Shown piece after piece: positions 49,757-59,527 of a stretch of 64,000 nucleotides of DNA. Numbering within the stretch: position 1 is the stretch's first letter; every line of letters begins with the position of its first letter. The stretch is from an uncultured delta proteobacterium. GTDB lineage: Bacteria; Desulfobacterota; Syntrophia; Syntrophales; Smithellaceae. The DNA lies in NCBI GenBank assembly GCA_963753975.1, contig CAVWEH010000005.1, forward strand, positions 224,001 through 288,000, read 5' to 3'. The position numbers and the translations under genes are program-made. The notes under the pieces were generated by a model that ran no database searches, had not been told where the DNA came from, and saw only the letters and a list, made by a program, of their open reading frames with translations.

Positions 49757-50511
49757 GGCTTTCCCATTTTAATTCTTTGTCTAACTTTATCCCAGGATTT
49801 TGTGATCAAGAAGCTTTCTTCCATATTATCTGCCATTCGTACGAATTTTGGCCAGGGGATAGAAAAGGAAAGTACTTCAGGAGAAACACAAGGCCGGGCA
49901 GAGACATCAAACATACCCAATACTGCACAAGGTCGTTCAGATTGGAGTTCATGGTAAGGATAATAAACTATCGTACTGCAACCGGCACCAAAGGGAGCAA
50001 TGACCCTATTGGGTTCCGTTTCGTCATAATTTGCTAAAGTGAAAAGACCGGAAAGGACATCCGGAGAAGCAAAAAAAATGATCACTAACGGTTCGTCACT
50101 TTCTTCCATGGAGTCCCACCGTTTGAACACAATATATTTTGCAGGTGCTTTAAACAGGGTCTGTTGCTTCATGATTTCTTTAACAATTTCTGGAGACTTC
50201 TTATATCTTTCCCCCTCAAGTTTTCCCGGAATACCGTAAGAAAGAAAATATTCAAAATTGGGTGCCTGGTTATCTTCGAAGCCCAGGTAGCGCCTTCCAC
50301 CGCCACAGCCTATTGTATGGACATCAAAACATCTTGCAGCGCCCTTGCGTACACTTGCTAAATCACCAATGATACAGCGATGTCCTTTCGGGGACTTTAA
50401 CATGTTCTTTTCTTCTTTCACATTGGTGTAGTAAAATCCAACGGGTAAATCCGCTCCAGGAAAATATTTATTCCATTTCTGTTCGAATTCATTCTTAAAT
50501 TTCTTTTCCAC
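49753..50511 (-). CDS. DUF169 family protein
   Basis: CGGGRRYLG, EGERYK, PDVLSGL, FGAGC, GMFDVSAR; ATGA overlap with the radical SAM gene. Confidence 0.75.
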   Translation of the reverse strand: MEKKFKNEFEQKWNKYFPGADLPVGFYYTNVKEEKNMLKSPKGHRCIIGDLASVRKGAARCFDVHTIGCGGGRRYLGFEDNQAPNFEYFLSYGIPGKLEGERYKKSPEIVKEIMKQQTLFKAPAKYIVFKRWDSMEESDEPLVIIFFASPDVLSGLFTLANYDETEPNRVIAPFGAGCSTIVYYPYHELQSERPCAVLGMFDVSARPCVSPEVLSFSIPWPKFVRMADNMEESFLITKSWDKVRQRIKMGKP

Positions 50512-50732
50512 GACGATCCTCCTTCACTTTTAAAATATAACTATATAGATACTTGCCATTGTCGGTTAACATTTCTTTTTTGCATATTTATCTGTTTGCA
50601 ATTCTATTACCACCGTCATTATTCACATCTTAAATGCTGACTTGCCGCCGATACCTGTATTACATGTTAAGTTAGAATTCCGCCATTTTGAGGGTTCCCC
50701 AAAAACTGATTGGCGTAAAAAAACTATTGCGA

Positions 50733-51182
50733 TCAACCTCTCACAATGAGTATAGGAATCCTTGTATCATTGTGAATAACACCATAGGAAACACTACCAA
50801 GGACCGTGGCCGATAAGGCGCTCCTTCCACTGGAGCCCATAACAATAAGATTTGCCTTTGACCTCTTCGCCTCTTTCACAATCTCCTCCACGGGACGCCC
50901 CATCTTTATAGAAATCTTCGATGCGACACCGCTTTTATCACAAAGTTTCTTTATTTCTCCGGCATACCTTTTAGCAACCTTTTTCAGATAATCCTCAATA
51001 GGTTCTATTATATATATTGCTGTCTCCAGTCCGGGACCTGGTTGGGCTATCAGTGAGCGTATATCAATAACGCTCAGAGCAATAATTGAGGCCTTCAGCT
51101 GTTTGGCGAGGTCAACCGCATACCTGGCTGCTCTTTGAGCTGTTTTTGACCCGTCTGACGGCACAAGAATTTTTGAAATCAT
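50733..51182 (-). CDS. Universal stress protein
   Basis: KILVPSDGS, G.P.EEI, LIVMGSSG, LGSVS. Confidence 0.92.
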   Translation of the reverse strand: MISKILVPSDGSKTAQRAARYAVDLAKQLKASIIALSVIDIRSLIAQPGPGLETAIYIIEPIEDYLKKVAKRYAGEIKKLCDKSGVASKISIKMGRPVEEIVKEAKRSKANLIVMGSSGRSALSATVLGSVSYGVIHNDTRIPILIVRG

Positions 51183-51614
51183 ACATCCTCCTTTAATCAT
51201 TTTAAAAAAGGTAAAGCAGTATGTTCTGATTTATAGGAACTTTCTTTTTCGCTGCGGGAGTATATGAAAAATGATCTTATGCGTCAATGAAATATAGATA
51301 ACAAAATGTGGGGTATGTTGTCGATGTTTGTCTCCGGGCCTGAATGGTATTTATTACGAATTGAACGAAAGTATGTCTGTGAAAAATCCTGTCCGCCTTA
51401 CTCACTTACAGGAAGGATGTGACAGCAATCAGTTATCTCTATTAGATATGATGTTGATAGCCTTATTTATGAAAGAAAAACATCATATATTTATTAGTGG
51501 TTATCGTTTGTAATATTGAATTTTTCTCTGAGGCGGTAATGTGTGGATAACAGGAATTATCGATTATCTTGACACTCACTGTCAGGTCAAGTTCTGTTTA
51601 GGGCACTTAATTTA

Positions 51615-53264
51615 TTAATTTCCAGTGGACACTATTTCTATCAGTGACGGATCATACTCTTTGGGTTTCTCATACCCCAGAAGATTCAGGAGAGTCGCCG
51701 CCACATTGGACAGACCTTTTTCTTTGATATCCGCCATGTGATATTCCCTCTGATACAAGGGATCATAGATTATAAAGGGAACCGGATTCAGGGTATGCGC
51801 CGTCTTTACAGATTTTGCGCCCTTTTTGTCTATCGTGAACATCTCATCCGCGTTGCCATGATCGGCGGTGATAACGGCAATGCCTCCCACCTCCTTTATG
51901 ACGGCCAGCAATTCTCCAACGCATTTATCCACCGTCTCCACCGCAATGATGGCTGCATCCATTATACCTGTGTGCCCAACCATGTCGCCGTTCGGGAAAT
52001 TGAGTCTTCCAAATCTGTAATTGCCGCTTTTCAGCAGGTTTATAACCGTATCTGTTATCTCTCGTGCCTTCATCTTTGGGACCTTGTCAAACTCGATCCT
52101 GTCGGAAGGTATCTCCACATATTTTTCCAGCGATTCATCGATGTAACCGGAACGGTTGCCGTTCCAGAAGTAAGTAACATGGCCGAACTTCTGGGTTTCG
52201 GAGACGGCAAATGTTTTTACCTTTTGGGCGCAAAGGTACTCGCTAATGGTATGATCTATAGCCGGAGGTTGCACAAGAAAATTGGGGGGGATGTGAGCAT
52301 CCCCGTCATACTCCATCATTCCCGCATAATATATATCCGGAAGAGGTCCCCTGTCGAATTCAGTGAATTCCTTCTCGGAAAATGCCCTTGATATCTCAAT
52401 GGCGCGGTCACCCCGGAAATTGAAAAAGATCACGGCATCCCCGTCATGGATAGTCCCGTTGGGCATCCCCGAGCGATCGGTTATAACAAACGCGGGCAGG
52501 TATTGATCCGTTGCCTTCGGGTCTTCTTTGTAAAAGGTCCTCACTGCATCGGAAGCGGATTGGAATTTCCTGCCCTTCCCGAGGACATGGGCATCCCATC
52601 CCCTTTTAACGATATTCCAGTCGGCATTGTACCTGTCCATTGTTACCTTCATACGTCCGCCTCCTGAGGCTATGGCGTAATCGAGACCTTTTTCCTCGGA
52701 GATCTTTTTCAGTTTTTTCTCTGTGGGAATAATATAATCAAGTGCCGTCCTCTCACCCACGTCCCTTCCGTCAAGAAGGGCATGGATTCTGACTCTTTTG
52801 AAATTCAGTTCAGCGCACTTGTCGATCATTATGTATAACTGCTCAATATGTGAATGGACATTCCCGTCCGATAACAGCCCGATAAAATGGATCGTTCCCC
52901 CATTTTGGGAACGCTTTACTATACTGTCCCAGACCTTGGATTGAAAGATACTTCCGGTCTGGAGCGCTTTGTTTACAAGACGGGCACCTTGGTCAAAGAC
53001 CCTCCCTGCCCCGATGGCATTGTGTCCTACCTCGCTGTTTCCCATATCGTCATCCGAGGGCAGTCCAACCGCCGTACCGTGGGCCTTCAGTTGCGTGTAT
53101 AGATTAGATTTGAACAATTGATCGAGGTTGGGGGTATCGGCCATGTAGACGGCGTTCGTTTCATCCGGTTTGCCTATGCCTACGCCATCCATGATAATCA
53201 ACAGTAGGGGGCCTTTTCTGCCGGAAAATGATTTTAATTTATTGAGATGTAACGACATTGGCAT
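51615..53264 (-). CDS. gpmI: 2,3-bisphosphoglycerate-independent phosphoglycerate mutase
   Basis: MGNSEVGH, SDGNVHSH, DGRD, NFRGDR, DMVGH, TADHGN. Confidence 0.95.
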   Translation of the reverse strand: MPMSLHLNKLKSFSGRKGPLLLIIMDGVGIGKPDETNAVYMADTPNLDQLFKSNLYTQLKAHGTAVGLPSDDDMGNSEVGHNAIGAGRVFDQGARLVNKALQTGSIFQSKVWDSIVKRSQNGGTIHFIGLLSDGNVHSHIEQLYIMIDKCAELNFKRVRIHALLDGRDVGERTALDYIIPTEKKLKKISEEKGLDYAIASGGGRMKVTMDRYNADWNIVKRGWDAHVLGKGRKFQSASDAVRTFYKEDPKATDQYLPAFVITDRSGMPNGTIHDGDAVIFFNFRGDRAIEISRAFSEKEFTEFDRGPLPDIYYAGMMEYDGDAHIPPNFLVQPPAIDHTISEYLCAQKVKTFAVSETQKFGHVTYFWNGNRSGYIDESLEKYVEIPSDRIEFDKVPKMKAREITDTVINLLKSGNYRFGRLNFPNGDMVGHTGIMDAAIIAVETVDKCVGELLAVIKEVGGIAVITADHGNADEMFTIDKKGAKSVKTAHTLNPVPFIIYDPLYQREYHMADIKEKGLSNVAATLLNLLGYEKPKEYDPSLIEIVSTGN

Positions 53265-53456
53265 ACTCCTTGATTACTAATTCTGATTCTAATTTTTCGT
53301 AGATTTCTTTATAGATAAAAGTGGATACTTGGTCAAGAAAAGAGATGCCGCGTTAAATAACCGCTGTCTCCTATAAAATCATTAGAAAATATGTTAATAT
53401 AGCTTGAGATCTAGATAAGATAAACTGTCATTTCAGCCACAAAATGTGGGGTTTAT

Positions 53457-53573
53457 GGAGATATCTTCTATAACTTGAAAGAAGCGAAGGCACTAATTGA
53501 AAAATGGCGATTAGAATACAATACGTTCAGGCCACAAAGTTCTTTGAATTACCGTCCTCCAGCGCCAGAGGCG
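53457..53573 (+). mobile_element. IS3-family transposase C-terminal remnant
   Basis: Manual translation GDIFYNLKEAKALIEKWRLEYNTFRPQSSLNYRPPAPEA matches the IS3 integrase tail (YN..RPHSSL.Y.PP). Confidence 0.8.
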
Positions 53574-53783
53574 TACCCAAGAGCGCTTGCCTTACGGGCG
53601 GATTGGGCCGAATGCCCGCCAAATATCTGATGGGCGTCGCGCTGGCGTACGCGGGAAAACTGCAAAAATTCGGTGCGTAATTGTTTCCGAATGAACTACC
53701 CGTTTGATGAATCCACCTTCCCCGAAGATACTCATGGGAGAAAACGGATTAATTATCAGTACCAGAAAAATAAGATGAAAAAC

Positions 53784-53810
53784 AAAAAGGGTGGAAAAAT
53801 CCACCGTTTT
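53784..53810 (-). terminator. Probable terminator after the thiolase gene
   Basis: aaaaagggtgga-aaaa-tccaccgtttt. Confidence 0.55.
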
Positions 53811-53831
53811 TACTTATTAGATGAAATTGTT

Positions 53832-55123
53832 TTAGGTCCTTTCCAGAATAATGGACATTCCCTGCCCGCCGCCGATGCAAAGCGAGGCCAGCCCGCGTTT
53901 TAAATTCTTCTTTTTCATTTGCATAGCCAGCGTATAAGTAATGCGGGCGCCGGAGCAGCCGATCGGATGGCCTAGTCGAAATTCCGCCGCCGTTGAGATT
54001 ACACTTCTCCATATCAATGCCTAATTCTTTGATGCAGGCGAGCGATTGAGATGCAAAGGCTTCGTTTAATTCCACAAGATCAATATCCTTCATGGTTAAG
54101 TTGAGCTTTTGAAAAAGTTTTCTTGTCGCCGGAATGGGACCTAATCCCATATAGGCCGGATCAACCCCGCCGCTGGCAAATCCCCTGATTTTGGCCAGGG
54201 CTGTGAGTTTTAATTCCTCGGCTTTTTCAGCACTCATAACCACAACCGCGGCGGCGGCATCGTTAATCCCGGAAGCGTTCCCCGCCGTTACTGTGCCGTC
54301 TTTTTTGAAAACCGTCGGAAGTTTACTCATTTTTTCCAGCGATGTATCCATGGGACGCTCATCAACTTTAAAGATTTTCGGTTCGCCTTTTTTCTGCGGA
54401 ACGATAACAGGAACTATTTCATCGGCTACAGTTCCGGCGGCATTGGCCGCCCGCGCTCTTTGGTGGCTTCTCAAGGAAAATTCGTCCTGCTCTTGACGCG
54501 ATATTTTGTAGAGTGCGGCGATATTTTCCGCGGTTAAACCCATATGGTAGCCGTTAAATATTTCATAGAGACCGTCGTAAACCATCAAATCCGTAATCTG
54601 GCTGAAGGGCATGCTCATGCGATAGCCCCAGCGGGCATCCGGCAGCGCAAAAGGTGCGTTGCTCATGTTTTCCATACCGCCGGCGACAATAATTTCGGCA
54701 TCTCCTGACTGAATGGCCTGCGCTGCCAGGGCAATGGCCTTCAGGCCGGAGGCGCATACTTTATTCACGGTATAGGCATTGGTTTCTTCCGGAATGCCGG
54801 CATAGATCGACGACTGCCGTGCTACATTTTGGCCTAGCCCTGCCTGTAATACGTTGCCCATGATCACTTCGTCTATGTAGACCGATCTTCAAGGACTCCT
54901 TGTAATCATAATATTTCTTGTTGATTTCGGTCATTTCAAAATTACCTAAGGCCGCAGGGCGGAAGCTTCTCAACAAGTCATTAACCGATGGTCTCAGCCC
55001 CGCTCTCTTCAACGCCTCTTTGATGACCAAGGCCCCCATATCGGCGGTTTTCACACCTTTCAACGACCCGCCGAATTCTCCTACTGCAGTTCTGGCACCG
55101 CTCACGATTACCGCTTCTTTCAT
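53832..55123 (-). CDS. Acetyl-CoA acetyltransferase (thiolase), two +1 frameshifts (~54885, ~53975)
   Basis: NKVCASG, NEAFA, GHPIG, CIGGG distributed over three ORF fragments. Confidence 0.9.
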
Positions 55124-55155
55124 TATTTGCTCCTTATAATTTTTATCGATGGGAT

Positions 55156-56622
55156 TCAGAAATCGCGCTTGTCGACAAACTCCACTTCTCTCGGCACTTT
55201 ATAGGAAGAAAGATAGATCCGGCAGAACCTGAGGATTTCTTTCTCATCGATCAGCAAGCCGTTATTTCTTACAATCTCCGCTTTAACAATTTCTCCCCGC
55301 ATCAGATCTTTTTTACCCACAACTCGTGCTTCCTTTACAGCCGGATTCATGTGCAGAACGTCTTCGACTTCTTTCGGGTAAACGTTAAATCCGCTGGTAA
55401 TGATCATTCTTTTTTTCAGGCCGGTAATAAAAACGTAATCATCATTATCCATTTTGCCTAAATCGCCGGTGTAGAGCCAGCCATCCTTAATAACAGCTGC
55501 CGTTGCCGCTTTGTCCTTATAATAGCCTTGCATGACGTTATCGCCTTTTACGATAAGCTCTCCTATTTTACCCCGGGGCAGTTCGCGGCCGTTTTCATCG
55601 ACAATTTTAATTTTCGTGCCGGGAACAGCCATGCCGATGGAACCCGGTTTTTGCGGCCTGTCGAGCATATTGAAAGAACAAGCGGGCGAGGCTTCCGTCA
55701 AACCATACCCTTCTACAACTTTTACGCCGAATTGTTTTTCGAAAGCGGGGATAAATTCGGCCGGCATCGGCGCTCCTCCGGTAACGCAAACGTCCAGAGA
55801 GCTGACATCGTAATTAGCCGCGCCTTCGTGAAACATCATTCCCAGATAAAGACGAGGCACGGCGCATATGTATGTGATTTTTTCTTTTTGAATAGCGCCA
55901 AAAAGGCCTTCCATCGTGAATCTATCCATCATCACCACGCTGCAGCCCGTACGCACAACATTGATCATGTTGACGGTCGAGCCAAAAGAGTGAAACAAAG
56001 GAATGAGACAGAGTCCTACGTCCAGATGAGTTCTTTTCACGCAAGAATGTATCAAATGAGACTGAGAATACAGATTGCGATGGGTGAGAACCGCTCCTAA
56101 AGATTTCCCGGTCAGACCGGATGTATAAATTATAGCAGCGGGATCTTCAGGAGATATTATCTGGGCCGGATTGGAAAAATTTCCGGCTTTCAAGGCCTTC
56201 CTAAAAGGCGAATTTTCAGCGGCAGAATCAATTGTAATTAAGTTTCGGCAGGTGGAGAGTTTATTTTGAATTTCCTCATATTTTTTCCGCGCCGCTTCCA
56301 CCGTCATTAATACTTTGGCATCGCTGTTTTCCAAGAAATAGCTCAGTTCATAAGGCGTAGAAGAAGTATTCAAGGGAACAGCAACGGCACCCAGTTTTAC
56401 CGCGGCAAAATAACAGTAAAAAAATTCGGGAATATTCGGAAGCATCAGAGCAACTTTATCGCCTTTGACCACACCTGTTTCGATTAGTAAATGCGCGACC
56501 GCGTTGACGGCACGATTCAACTGATCATAATTAATACGTTGGTTCTCAAAGATCAGAACCGTTCGGTCGGCGTAATTGTGGGCAGATTCTTCCAGTAAGA
56601 GCGCTAAATTAATTTTCTCCAA
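55156..56622 (-). CDS. Acyl-CoA synthetase (long-chain fatty acid-CoA ligase family)
   Basis: YTSGLTG, EGYGLTE, YTGD. Confidence 0.88.
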   Translation of the reverse strand: MEKINLALLLEESAHNYADRTVLIFENQRINYDQLNRAVNAVAHLLIETGVVKGDKVALMLPNIPEFFYCYFAAVKLGAVAVPLNTSSTPYELSYFLENSDAKVLMTVEAARKKYEEIQNKLSTCRNLITIDSAAENSPFRKALKAGNFSNPAQIISPEDPAAIIYTSGLTGKSLGAVLTHRNLYSQSHLIHSCVKRTHLDVGLCLIPLFHSFGSTVNMINVVRTGCSVVMMDRFTMEGLFGAIQKEKITYICAVPRLYLGMMFHEGAANYDVSSLDVCVTGGAPMPAEFIPAFEKQFGVKVVEGYGLTEASPACSFNMLDRPQKPGSIGMAVPGTKIKIVDENGRELPRGKIGELIVKGDNVMQGYYKDKAATAAVIKDGWLYTGDLGKMDNDDYVFITGLKKRMIITSGFNVYPKEVEDVLHMNPAVKEARVVGKKDLMRGEIVKAEIVRNNGLLIDEKEILRFCRIYLSSYKVPREVEFVDKRDF

Positions 56623-56866
56623 AACCTTCGCACCTCCGCGAAATTTGCGTGTTTACTTAGCACAAGAAACGGCTATTTTTCAACAAGATAATAAAAGCTG
56701 GGCGATATTTACCCGCGTTGGAAAAAAAGCAGTTTTTTGCTTGCCTGTATGGAGATTTTACCCTATAATTCGCGACGGTTTTTATAAGCTCGGCATCCTG
56801 CTCATATTAAGTTGTCTCCAACTCGATACCTCTAAGTTGACTTAAGGCGATTAAAAGGAGGATCAA

Positions 56867-57397
56867 ATGAAAAATGTTTTGGCAGTTGTTTTTTTTGTTT
56901 TATTGGGGAGCGCCCCTTTTGCCTGGGCGGATGAGTTGAAAATCGGCGAAAAGGCCCCCAATTTCTCTCTGCAAGATTATTCGGGAAAAATTTATACTCT
57001 CGATTCACAAGAGTTCCAGGGACGGGTTATTTCTATTTTCTATAACGATCCCGATAAAAAAAACTCGAATAAGCACGTTGAAGATGCTTTGTTCAAAGAC
57101 GATGGGCTGGATCGAAAAAACAATTACATGAATTTATGCATTACTAATCTCAAAGCCGGCAAATTACCCAATATAATTATAAAACGGGTAATGAAAAGCA
57201 GACAGGAAAAGACCGGCTCGGTTATATTGCTGGATCCGGATTACAGTATAATAAAAGCATGGGGACTCAAAAATTACTCTTCCGATATCGTTGTTTTGGA
57301 CAAGGAAAGAATCTGCCGCTATATTTACAACGGCGAGCTCCCGCGGGAAGAAGTGGAAAAACTAGTAAACATCATTAAGGAATATCAAATAAAATAA
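56867..57397 (+). CDS. Exported thioredoxin-fold protein (YtfJ-like)
   Basis: Signal peptide, GEKAPNFSL, ILLD...WGL; no CxxC. Confidence 0.65.
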   Translation: MKNVLAVVFFVLLGSAPFAWADELKIGEKAPNFSLQDYSGKIYTLDSQEFQGRVISIFYNDPDKKNSNKHVEDALFKDDGLDRKNNYMNLCITNLKAGKLPNIIIKRVMKSRQEKTGSVILLDPDYSIIKAWGLKNYSSDIVVLDKERICRYIYNGELPREEVEKLVNIIKEYQIK

Positions 57398-57481
57398 ATT
57401 AATTAAATTTAGATTCTCCCAGGTAAGCCGTGCTTACTGTCAAACAGGTAGAATTTTGCGATATTGCAAGCGAGAGAGCTT

Positions 57482-58330
57482 ATGGCCGTAATCATTGATG
57501 GAAACTCGATAGCACAGGAAATTCGTCAAGCGGTGAGCGAGGAGGCTTTGGCTTTAAAAGAAAAAACCGGTGTTGTGCCGGGACTTGCCGTAATTCTCGT
57601 TGGAGAAGACCCTGCATCAAAGGTCTATGTAGCTGGAAAAACCAAGGCCTGCACTCAAGCCGGTTTTTTATCCCGTGAGTTTAAGCTTCCCGCCGATACA
57701 AGTGAAACAAAGCTTTTGGATATAATCAATAAATTAAATGCGGACAAACTTATTCACGGTATTCTGGTACAACTTCCTCTGCCCAAACATATCCATCCCG
57801 ATAAAATTATTGCCGCTATTGACCCGCGCAAAGATGTCGACGGTTTTCACCCTTACAACATGGGGAAGCTTGTCGCCGGAAATCCTCTATATGTTCCTTG
57901 CACACCGAGGGGCATCATGGAATTAATCAGTCGCACGGGCATTGAGCTTGCGGGAAAAGAGGCGGTAGTTGTGGGACGCAGTAATATTGTCGGCAAACCC
58001 ACGGCGCTTTTGCTTCTGGCTCAAAACGCCACAGTTACGATTTGCCATTCGCGCACAAAAAACCTTTCCACCGTCACCGGGCGCGCCGATATTTTGATCG
58101 CCGCCGTGGGCAAAACCCGGATGATTAAAGCGGATATGGTCAAAAAAGACGCCGTTGTAATCGATGTGGGCGTAAATCGTTTGGAAAACGGAAAACTTGC
58201 AGGGGACGTGGCTTTTGAAGAAGTGGCAGTTAAGGCATCCTATATTACACCGGTACCCGGGGGTGTGGGACCGATGACTATTGCCATGCTAATAAAAAAC
58301 ACGCTTGAGGCTGCAAGGAATGCTTTATAA
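57482..58330 (+). CDS. folD: Methylenetetrahydrofolate dehydrogenase/cyclohydrolase
   Basis: KDVDGFH, PCTP, GRSNIVGKP, PVPGGVGPMT. Confidence 0.96.
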   Translation: MAVIIDGNSIAQEIRQAVSEEALALKEKTGVVPGLAVILVGEDPASKVYVAGKTKACTQAGFLSREFKLPADTSETKLLDIINKLNADKLIHGILVQLPLPKHIHPDKIIAAIDPRKDVDGFHPYNMGKLVAGNPLYVPCTPRGIMELISRTGIELAGKEAVVVGRSNIVGKPTALLLLAQNATVTICHSRTKNLSTVTGRADILIAAVGKTRMIKADMVKKDAVVIDVGVNRLENGKLAGDVAFEEVAVKASYITPVPGGVGPMTIAMLIKNTLEAARNAL

Positions 58331-58344
58331 TTTTGCCCGACTCA

Positions 58345-58524
58345 CTAGGATAATAATCCCAACAAGCGGAATATTTTTTCAAAACGCATTTCCCACGTGT
58401 GCTCTCGTAGGGCACGCTTACACGCTTCTGTCCTTATAGATTTTGCTTCCGCCTGATGACTTAGGTAATAATTAATTTTCGAGATGAGTTAATTGAGGTA
58501 GGAGTAAGTTAAAATTCCTTCCCC
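58345..58524 (-). pseudogene. C-terminal remnant of a CgeB-like glycosyltransferase
   Basis: GEGILTYSYLN*LISKINYYLSH.AEA..IR...KRALREHTWEMRFEKIF; in-frame TAA at 58489-58491 and no start codon. Confidence 0.65.
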
Positions 58525-58570
58525 CTCGAGCTAGCAAGGTAACGTTTTCCCCCATAAACTACAATCCTGA

Positions 58571-59422
58571 CTATATATATTTTTTAGCTACAACCGCGAA
58601 GCTGTGTCCCGAATAAAACTTTGCGATAATACGGGCAACAAATGATGGTAAAAAAGCGTTTTCTAGCTTTTGTTTTAGGTATTCTGATAGATAATGTTTC
58701 TTGCGAATAACGGAAAATCCATGTTTACTAAGTAAAAGAAAAAGAGAGCTTTTTGTAAAGTGATAGAAGTGGTAGGGTATTTGCCACCCCAGCCAATTGT
58801 TCCACGTTTTAATAGCATCATGAGAGGTATAATTAGGAACATCCACAACTAAAAGACCATCATCTTTCAACCAGCGGCGAGTGTTTTGCATGTAAACGTT
58901 CGGATCGACAGTATGTTCCAATGAGTGCCACATGGTAATGACATCAAAACTTTTTTCGGGTAGGTTGATACTGCTGACATCTCCTAAATGAACTGGAATC
59001 TTTAATTCTTTGCTGACATATATGGATGCATCGGTGGAAATATCTATTCCTTCAACTTCATATCCCCGCTTACGGCAGGCCAGCAGAAAGTAGCCGCGTC
59101 CGCAGCCGATATCTAAAACTTTCCCACTTTTTTTGAATTTATAAAAAAACCGCAAACGATGATCTTCCTGTCTTAATCGCTGTTTCATTTTTGCTGAGTT
59201 TAAGGCGAGTTCTTCTTGATACTGACTTTGAAAATAATCCTCCGTATAGAGCCTGTTTAATTCGTCTTTGCCGGGACGGGGATCAAGCACACCTAACCCG
59301 CAATTTTCACACTTATATACCTGCCAATTGTCTTTGGAGTGCAGAAGGCTGTACTTGGAACTACCACAGAGAATGCAGGAGAAATTAGATCTTTCCACGG
59401 CTAAATATTTTTTCTTTTTCAA
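58571..59422 (-). CDS. Class I SAM-dependent methyltransferase with N-terminal Cys motif
   Basis: CILC...CENCG, VLDIGCGRG, WHSLEH, VPN. Confidence 0.88.
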   Translation of the reverse strand: MKKKKYLAVERSNFSCILCGSSKYSLLHSKDNWQVYKCENCGLGVLDPRPGKDELNRLYTEDYFQSQYQEELALNSAKMKQRLRQEDHRLRFFYKFKKSGKVLDIGCGRGYFLLACRKRGYEVEGIDISTDASIYVSKELKIPVHLGDVSSINLPEKSFDVITMWHSLEHTVDPNVYMQNTRRWLKDDGLLVVDVPNYTSHDAIKTWNNWLGWQIPYHFYHFTKSSLFLLLSKHGFSVIRKKHYLSEYLKQKLENAFLPSFVARIIAKFYSGHSFAVVAKKYI

Positions 59423-59527
59423 TGCATTATATAAAACAAATCCATCATGATAATATAACTTACAAAATTTAAACGATCATAGCAGCCATAAGTGAATATA
59501 TAAATAAATTTTAATAGTTATCAGCCT

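Noticed and set aside
51328..51513. 61-aa ORF between usp and gpmI
   Set aside because: TTG start, no RBS or motif; likely spurious.
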